Origin: a virus
Taxonomy: Duplodnaviria > Heunggongvirae > Uroviricota > Caudoviricetes
DNA length: 22,290 nucleotides
Direction: 5' to 3' (one strand)
Virus record (IMG/VR): IMGVR_UViG_2563366854_000001
Span: 1-22,290 of that record
In this document: positions 16,121 through 22,290 of the stretch, piece after piece
How positions within the stretch are numbered: the stretch's first letter is position 1
How the letters are laid out: each line of letters opens with the position of its first letter
The notes under the pieces: generated by a model
Database searches by the model: none
Seen by the model: the letters and a program-made list of their open reading frames with translations, nothing else
What the model was told of the DNA's origin: nothing
Made by a program: the position numbers and the translations under genes

Positions 16121-16414
16121 TTATTGTGAGCAATACACACGCGCTTCCAGCGGAGTATAAATGCCTAAAGTAATAAAACCGAGAAATCCATTTACGAATG
16201 TTTGCTGGGTTTCTGTTTTAACAACATTTTCTGCGCCGCCACAAATTTTGGCTGCATCAACAGTTTTCTCCTGTCCAATTCCCGAAACGAAGAAATGATG
16301 GGTGATGGTTTCCTTTGGTGTTACTGCTGTCGGTTTGTTTCCAACAGTAAACGTCTGTTGAGCACATCCTGTAATAAGCATTGCCAGAGCGGCAGAAAAC
16401 AACATTTTTTTCAT
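16121..16414 (-). CDS. bor: Bor-family outer-membrane lipoprotein (serum-resistance moron)
   Basis: Start at MKKMLFSAALAMLITGCAQQTF (lipobox); AGGA upstream; C-terminus ...GIYTPLEARVYCSQ matches lambda Bor closely. Confidence 0.9.
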   Translation of the reverse strand: MKKMLFSAALAMLITGCAQQTFTVGNKPTAVTPKETITHHFFVSGIGQEKTVDAAKICGGAENVVKTETQQTFVNGFLGFITLGIYTPLEARVYCSQ

Positions 16415-16775
16415 CTTATTATCCTGCATTGTTAAAAACGGCAGAATCCTATGTGACAACAATTAAACGATAGTTAAATGGATTGATGAAAATTAAAACT
16501 ATATAGGTGGATGCTCAGCCTATTGGAGGAGGGGGGGGCACTCAGAATCCTGTGGAATGAAATAAACCGCTCTATCTGTCCATTACCCTTTTAGCTGCGC
16601 TGTATCGTCGCCGTATTCCCGCATTAACCATGACCGTAGCCCGACGGGGAATTCCTTCTGCGTGAGTGTGCGGGAATAATCAAAAACGATGCACACCGGG
16701 TTTTACTGTGCTGACAGACGCAGGGTTACCCTCATAGTCGCTTTTCCGGTGCGATGGTGGAAGAAACCGGGATGT

Positions 16776-16970
16776 TCATCCATCATCACTTTGGATTGAT
16801 GTATATGCTCTCTTTTCTGACGTTAGTCTCCGACGGCAGGCTTCAATGACCCAGGCTGAGAAATTCCCAGACCCTTTTTGCTCAAGAGCGATGTTAATTT
16901 GTTCAATCATTTGGTTAGGAAAGCGGATGTTGCGGGTTGTTGTTCTGCGGGTTCTGTTCTTCGTTGACAT
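16776..16970 (-). CDS. Small YlcI-like protein
   Basis: 64-aa ORF MSTKNRTRRTTTRNIRFPNQMIEQINIALEQKGSGNFSAWVIEACRRRL; position after bor matches DLP12 ylcI (memory-based). Confidence 0.55.
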   Translation of the reverse strand: MSTKNRTRRTTTRNIRFPNQMIEQINIALEQKGSGNFSAWVIEACRRRLTSEKRAYTSIQSDDG

Positions 16971-17099
16971 GAGGTTGCCCCGTATTCAGTGTCGCTGATT
17001 TGTATTGTCTGAAGTTGTTTTTACGTTAAGTTGATGCAGATCAATTAATACGATACCTGCGTCATAATTGATTATTTGACGTGGTTTGATGGCGTAGAT

Positions 17100-17350
17100 G
17101 CACGTTGTGACATGTAGATGATAATTATTATCATTTTGCGGGTCCTTTCCGGCGATCCGACAGGTTACGGGGCGGCGACCTCGCGGGTTTTCGCTATTTA
17201 TGAAAAATTTCCGGTTTAAGGCGTATCCGTTCTTCTTCGTCATAACTTAATGTTTTTATTTAAAATACCCTCTGAAAAGAAAGGAAACGACAGGTGCTGA
17301 AAGCGAGCTTTTTGGCCTCTGTCGTTTCCTTTCTCTGTTTTTGTCCGTGG
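17100..17350. other. Lambda-type cos site (cosQ-cosN-cosB); cohesive-end sequence GGGCGGCGACCT at 17170-17181
   Basis: Sequence ...CGACAGGTTACG|GGGCGGCGACCTCGCGGGTTTTCGCTATTTATGAAAA... corresponds to the joined right and left ends of phage lambda, immediately upstream of Nu1. Confidence 0.85.
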
Positions 17351-17358
17351 AATGAACA

Positions 17359-17904
17359 ATGGAAGTCAACAAAAAGCAGCTGGCTGACATTTTCGGTGCG
17401 AGTATCCGTACCATTCAGAACTGGCAGGAACAGGGAATGCCCGTTCTGCGAGGCGGTGGCAAGGGTAATGAGGTGCTTTATGACTCTGCCGCCGTCATAA
17501 AATGGTATGCCGAAAGGGATGCTGAAATTGAGAACGAAAAGCTGCGCCGGGAGGTTGAAGAACTGCGGCAGGCCAGCGAGGCAGATCTCCAGCCAGGAAC
17601 TATTGAGTACGAACGCCATCGACTTACGCGTGCGCAGGCCGACGCACAGGAACTGAAGAATGCCAGAGACTCCGCTGAAGTGGTGGAAACCGCATTCTGT
17701 ACTTTCGTGCTGTCGCGGATCGCAGGTGAAATTGCCAGTATTCTCGACGGGATCCCCCTGTCGGTGCAGCGGCGTTTTCCGGAACTGGAAAACCGACATG
17801 TTGATTTCCTGAAACGGGATATCATCAAAGCCATGAACAAAGCAGCCGCGCTGGATGAACTGATACCGGGGTTGCTGAGTGAATATATCGAACAGTCAGG
17901 TTAA
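17359..17904 (+). CDS. nu1: Terminase small subunit Nu1
   Basis: 181 aa, MEVNKKQLADIFGASIRTIQNWQEQGMPV...; essentially lambda Nu1. Confidence 0.95.
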   Translation: MEVNKKQLADIFGASIRTIQNWQEQGMPVLRGGGKGNEVLYDSAAVIKWYAERDAEIENEKLRREVEELRQASEADLQPGTIEYERHRLTRAQADAQELKNARDSAEVVETAFCTFVLSRIAGEIASILDGIPLSVQRRFPELENRHVDFLKRDIIKAMNKAAALDELIPGLLSEYIEQSG

Positions 17905-19936
17905 CAGGCTGCGGCATTTTGTCCGCGCCGGGCTTCGCTCACTGTTCAGGCCGGAGCCACAGACCGCCGTTGAATGGGCGGATGCCAGTTACTATCTCCC
18001 GAAAGAATCCGCATACCAGGAAGGGCGCTGGGAAACACTGCCCTTTCAGCGGGCCATCATGAATGCGATGGGCAGTGACTACATCCGCGAGGTGAATGTG
18101 GTGAAGTCTGCCCGTGTTGGTTATTCCAAAATGCTGCTGGGTGTTTATGCCTACTTCATAGAGCATAAGCAGCGCAACACCCTTATCTGGTTGCCGACGG
18201 ATGGTGATGCCGAGAACTTTATGAAAACCCACGTTGAGCCGACTATTCGTGATATTCCGTCGCTGCTGGCGCTGGCCCCGTGGTATGGCAAAAAGCACCG
18301 GGATAACACGCTCACCATGAAGCGTTTCACCAATGGGCGTGGCTTCTGGTGCCTGGGCGGTAAAGCGGCAAAAAACTACCGTGAAAAGTCAGTGGATGTG
18401 GCGGGTTATGATGAACTTGCTGCCTTTGATGAGGATATTGAACAGGAAGGCTCTCCGACGTTCCTGGGCGATAAGCGTATTGAAGGCTCGGTCTGGCCAA
18501 AGTCCATCCGTGGCTCCACGCCCAAAGTGAGAGGCACCTGCCAGATTGAGCGTGCAGCCAGTGAATCCCCGCATTTTATGCGTTTTCATGTTGCCTGCCC
18601 GCACTGTGGGGAGGAGCAGTACCTTAAATTTGGCGATAAAGAGACGCCGTTTGGCCTCAAATGGACGCCGGATGATCCCTCCAGCGTGTTTTATCTCTGC
18701 GAGCATAATGCCTGCGTCATCCGTCAGCAGGAGCTGGACTTTACTGATGCCCGTTATATCTGCGAAAAGACCGGGATCTGGACCCGTGATGGCATTCTCT
18801 GGTTTTCGTCATCCGGTGAAGAGATTGAGCCACCGGACAGTGTGACCTTTCACATCTGGACGGCGTACAGCCCGTTCACCACCTGGGTGCAGATTGTCAA
18901 AGACTGGATGAAGACGAAAGGGGATACGGGAAAACGTAAAACTTTCGTAAACACCACGCTCGGTGAGACGTGGGAGGCGAAAATCGGCGAACGTCCGGAT
19001 GCTGAAGTGATGGCAGAGCGGAAAGAGCATTATTCAGCGCCCGTTCCTGACCGTGTGGCTTACCTGACCGCCGGTATCGACTCCCAGCTGGACCGCTACG
19101 AAATGCGAGTATGGGGATGGGGGCCGGGTGAGGAAAGCTGGCTGATTGACCGGCAGATTATTATGGGCCGCCACGATGATGAACAGACGCTGCTGCGTGT
19201 GGATGAGGCCATCAATAAAACCTATACCCGCCGGAATGGTGCAGAAATGTCGGTATCCCGTATCTGCTGGGATACTGGCGGGATTGACCCGACCATTGTG
19301 TATGAACGCTCGAAAAAGCATGGGCTGTTCCGGGTGATCCCCATTAAAGGGGCATCCGTTTACGGAAAGCCGGTGGCCAGCATGCCACGTAAGCGAAACA
19401 AAAACGGGGTTTACCTTACCGAAATCGGTACGGATACCGCGAAAGAGCAGATTTATAACCGCTTCACACTGACGCCGGAAGGGGATGAACCGCTTCCCGG
19501 TGCCGTTCACTTCCCGAATAACCCGGATATTTTTGATCTGACCGAAGCGCAGCAGCTGACTGCTGAAGAGCAGGTCGAAAAATGGGGGGATGGCAGGAAA
19601 AAAATACTGTGGGACAGCAAAAAGCGACGCAATGAGGCGCTCGACTGCTTCGTTTATGCGCTGGCGGCGCTGCGCATCAGTATTTCCCGCTGGCAGCCGT
19701 ACTGGATGCACTGGAGAAGCATGACACCGGGGCGACGTTTTTTGATGGTCGCCCCGCTGTTTTTGATGAGGCGGATTTTCCGGCAGTTGCCGTTTATCTC
19801 ACCGGCGCTGAATACACGGGCGAAGAGCTGGACAGCGATACCTGGCAGGCGGAGCTGCATATCGAAGTTTTCCTGCCTGCTCAGGTGCCGGATTCAGAGC
19901 TGGATGCGTGGATGGAGTCCCGGATTTATCCGGTGA
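17879..19936 (+). pseudogene. A: Terminase large subunit A, 3'-truncated and fused out of frame to U
   Basis: Lambda-A-like through ...ALAALRISISRWQ (to about 19696), then continues as junk in the wrong frame of U-derived DNA until a stop at 19936. Confidence 0.85.
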
Positions 19937-20067
19937 TGAGTGATATCCCGGCACTGTCAGATTTGATCACCAGTATGGTGGCCAGCGGCTATGACTACCG
20001 GCGCGACGATGATGCGGGCCTGTGGAGTTCAGCCGATCTGACTTATGTCATTACCTATGAAATGTGA
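19697..20067 (+). pseudogene. U: Tail terminator U, 5'-truncated remnant with no own start
   Basis: Frame-1 translation from 19696 reads AVLDALEKHDTGATFFDGRPAVFDEADFP...LTYVITYEM*, lambda U minus its first few codons. Confidence 0.8.
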
Positions 20068-20074
20068 GGACGCT

Positions 20075-20815
20075 ATGCCTGTACCAAATCCTGTAATGCC
20101 GGTGAAAGGTGCCGGGACCACCCTGTGGGTTTATAAGGGGAGCGGTGACCCTTATGCGAATCCGCTTTCAGACGTTGACTGGTCGCGTCTTGCAAAAGTT
20201 AAAGACCTGACGCCCGGCGAACTGACCGCTGAGTCCTATGACGACAGCTATCTCGATGATGAAGATGCAGACTGGACTGCGACCGGGCAGGGGCAGAAAT
20301 CTGCCGGAGATACCAGCTTCACGCTGGCGTGGATGCCCGGAGAGCAGGGGCAGCAGGCGCTGCTGGCGTGGTTTAATGAAGGTGATACCCGTGCCTATAA
20401 AATCCGCTTCCCGAACGGCACGGTCGATGTGTTCCGTGGCTGGGTCAGCAGTATCGGTAAGGCGGTGACGGCGAAGGAAGTGATTACCCGCACGGTGAAG
20501 ATCACCAATGTGGGACGTCCGTCGATGGCAGAAGATCGCAGCACGGTGACGGCGACAACCGGCATGACGGTGACACCCGCCAGTGCTTCCGTAGTGAAAG
20601 GGCAGAGCACCACGCTGACCGTGGCATTCCAGCCGGAGGGCGCAACCGACAAGAGCTTCCGTGCGGTGTCTGCGGATAAAACAAAAGCCACCGTGTCGGT
20701 CAGTGGTATGACCATCACCGTGAACGGCGTTGCTGCAGGCAAGGTCAACATTCCGGTTGTATCCGGTAATGGTGAGTTTGCTGCGGTTGCAGAAATCACC
20801 GTCACCGCCAGTTAA
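20075..20815 (+). CDS. V: Major tail protein V
   Basis: Start at [22 protein letters not shown] (GAGGA upstream); near-identical to lambda V, including the C-terminal Ig-like region. Confidence 0.9.
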   Translation: MPVPNPVMPVKGAGTTLWVYKGSGDPYANPLSDVDWSRLAKVKDLTPGELTAESYDDSYLDDEDADWTATGQGQKSAGDTSFTLAWMPGEQGQQALLAWFNEGDTRAYKIRFPNGTVDVFRGWVSSIGKAVTAKEVITRTVKITNVGRPSMAEDRSTVTATTGMTVTPASASVVKGQSTTLTVAFQPEGATDKSFRAVSADKTKATVSVSGMTITVNGVAAGKVNIPVVSGNGEFAAVAEITVTAS

Positions 20816-20830
20816 TCCGGAGAGTCAGCG

Positions 20831-21253
20831 ATGTTCCTGAAAACAGAATCATTTGAACATAACGGCGTGACCGTCACGCTTTCTGAACTGTCAGCCCTGC
20901 AGCGTATTGAGCATCTTGCCTGGTTGAAAGAGCAGGAAAAAAAGGCTGAATCCAGCGGCAACCTGCAGGTGTCTGTAGAGGATCTTATCAGAGGCGGGGC
21001 GTTTCTGGTGGCGATGTCTCTGTGGCATAACCATCCGCAGAAGACAAAGCTGCCGTCCATGAATGAAGCCATTACGCAGATTGAGCAGGAAGTGCTTACC
21101 ACCTGGCCCACGGAGGCAATTGCTCAGGCTGAAAACGTGGTGTTACGTCTGTCCGGAATGTCTGAGTTTGTGGTGAATAATGCCCCTGAACAGGCAGATG
21201 ACGCCGGGCCTGCAGAGCCTGTTTCTGCGGGAAAGTGTTCGACGGTGAGCTGA
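20831..21253 (+). CDS. G: Tail assembly chaperone G
   Basis: 140 aa, MFLKTESFEHNGVTVTLSELSALQRIEHL...; ends shortly after the slippery site. Confidence 0.9.
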   Translation: MFLKTESFEHNGVTVTLSELSALQRIEHLAWLKEQEKKAESSGNLQVSVEDLIRGGAFLVAMSLWHNHPQKTKLPSMNEAITQIEQEVLTTWPTEAIAQAENVVLRLSGMSEFVVNNAPEQADDAGPAEPVSAGKCSTVS

Positions 21254-21654
21254 GTTTTGCCCTGAAACTGGCGCGTGAGATGGGGCGACCCGACTGGCGC
21301 GCCATGCTTGCCGGGATGTCATCCACGGAGTATGCCGACTGGCACCGCTTTTACAGTACCCATTATTTTCATGATGTTCTGCTGGATATGCACTTTTCCG
21401 GGCTGACGTACACCGTACTCAGCCTGTTTTTCAGCGATCCGGATATGCATCCGCTGGATTTCAGTCTGCTGAACCGGTGTGAGGCTGACGAAGAGCCTGA
21501 AGATGATGTGCTGATGCAGAAAGCGGCAGGGCTTGCCGGAGGCGTCCGCTTTGACCCGGACGGGAATGAAGTTATCCCCGCTTCCCCGGATGTGACGGGC
21601 ATGACGGAGGATGACGTAATGCTGATGACAGTATCCGCTATAAACATTCAGTAG
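20831..21654 (+). CDS. G-T tail assembly chaperone fusion made by programmed -1 frameshift; T part C-terminally altered
   Basis: Slippery heptamer GGGAAAG at 21229-21235; the -1 frame continues as VFDGELSFALKLAREMGRPDW... (T domain); the last residues (…TVSAINIQ*) differ from what I recall of lambda T. Confidence 0.7.
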
Positions 21655-21986
21655 AGACGATAGATTCAGAGCACGCCGATCTCATTTTCAGGATGCGCCC
21701 TGTGTGGTACAGGTCGCAATGCGAAAATGACAGGCGTGACTGGGGATTCTATGGATTGATTGCCGAGGAAGTAGGAGAAATTGCCCCTCAGTTTGTTCAC
21801 TGGCGACCAGCCAACGAAGATGATGCACCGGAAACCATTTCCAGCAATGGCCTTGTTGCCGAAGGTGTAATGTACGAACGTCTGGTTGTTCCACTGATTC
21901 ACCATATCCAGAAACTGACTGAAAGAGTTGATGAACTTGAGTCAGAATTGAAGTTGTTATCAACTTCCCAAAGCGATATCGGATAA
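21637..21986 (+). pseudogene. Tail-fibre C-terminal remnant (intramolecular-chaperone / S74-like domain)
   Basis: Open frame without a credible start; WGFYGLIAEEVGEIAPQFV...NGLVAEGVMYERLVVPLIHHIQKLTERVDELESEL resembles the C-terminal chaperone domain of tail fibres and tailspikes. Confidence 0.5.
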
Positions 21987-21996
21987 AGGAGGAGTA

Positions 21997-22290
21997 ATGG
22001 ATATAACACCTTTTCTTCATGCGCTTTGTGCTGTGGCTGCGCAGGTAATGATTGGTCTTTTTGCCGGAAACTGGGTTTACGGGGCGATAGCCGGTTGTAC
22101 GTTCTTCATTGCGCGTGAACACACCCAGGCAGAATATCGCTGGATTGAAATGTTCGGGCATGGCAAGCGGATTAACATGCCGTGGTGGGGCGGTTTTGAT
22201 CCGCGTGTTTGGGATGTGGCAAGCCTGATAGATTTTGCTGTGCCGGTGGTGGCGTGTCTGCTGGTCTGGCTGTTGGTTAATCGTGGGTGA
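21997..22290 (+). CDS. Small hydrophobic membrane protein, function unknown
   Basis: 97 aa with strong SD (AAGGAGGAGTA-ATG); two predicted TM segments; stop is the last codon of the window. Confidence 0.6.
   Translation: MDITPFLHALCAVAAQVMIGLFAGNWVYGAIAGCTFFIAREHTQAEYRWIEMFGHGKRINMPWWGGFDPRVWDVASLIDFAVPVVACLLVWLLVNRG

Noticed and set aside
16986-17243. 85-aa minus-strand ORF
   Set aside because: Covers the cos region (cosQ/cosN), which is non-coding in lambda; no SD; composition not protein-like.
17260-17799. 179-aa minus-strand ORF, and similar long antisense ORFs at 17478..17840, 17939..18298, 19034..19711 and 20395..20805
   Set aside because: They lie antisense to lambda-like Nu1, A and V coding sequence whose plus-strand translations are unmistakable; they lack start context and look like chance open frames.
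1-22290. Possibility that the window is an engineered lambda cloning vector rather than a natural prophage
   Set aside because: The Nu1/A/U/V/G/T stretch is lambda-like, but the integrase, immunity, replication and lysis modules differ from lambda and resemble other natural prophages, and no vector markers were seen.
1-22290. tRNA, rRNA or insertion-sequence genes
   Set aside because: No tRNA-like T-loop/acceptor pattern, no rRNA-like sequence and no transposase ORF with terminal inverted repeats were recognised by eye; a tRNAscan/ISfinder run would be needed to exclude them formally.

Overview
This 22.3 kb window is a mosaic, apparently defective lambdoid prophage of an enterobacterial (E. 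coli-like) host, read from the integrase end into the tail genes. All calls rest on reading the six-frame translations and the DNA by eye; no database search or folding was run, and family names are recalled from memory. Layout left to right: (1) integrase and excisionase plus a leftward early operon of five genes resembling the KplE1/CPS-53 yfdP-yfdT block; (2) a GC-rich, ORF-free 460 bp spacer; (3) a visibly AT-rich accessory island (about 4427-6700) holding a 167-aa putative wHTH protein and a 358-aa ParA/MinD-family ATPase directly downstream of the cI-like repressor, i.e. at the lambda rexAB-equivalent position; (4) the immunity switch with repeated 13-bp operator motifs, a Cro/YdaS-like and a YdaT-like gene; (5) a replication and nin-like region: O-like initiator with internal iterons, a LexA DNA-binding-domain-only protein, RusA, a KilA-N protein, an HNH-motif protein and antiterminator Q; (6) an OmpC/NmpC-family porin moron followed by a phage-21-type lysis cassette (pinholin, SAR endolysin, Rz with embedded Rz1) and Bor; (7) a lambda-type cos site, Nu1 and terminase A. 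A is fused in the wrong frame to the 3' part of tail terminator U, so the whole head module (W through Z) is absent; V and G/G-T follow, and T is itself fused to a tail-fibre C-terminal remnant. The most likely home of an undescribed system is the AT-rich island at the repressor-proximal hotspot: the orphan ParA-like ATPase, the convergent wHTH-like gene, and a promoter / mini-ORF / hairpin unit between them. This is a candidate superinfection-exclusion or defence module, inferred from position and composition only.
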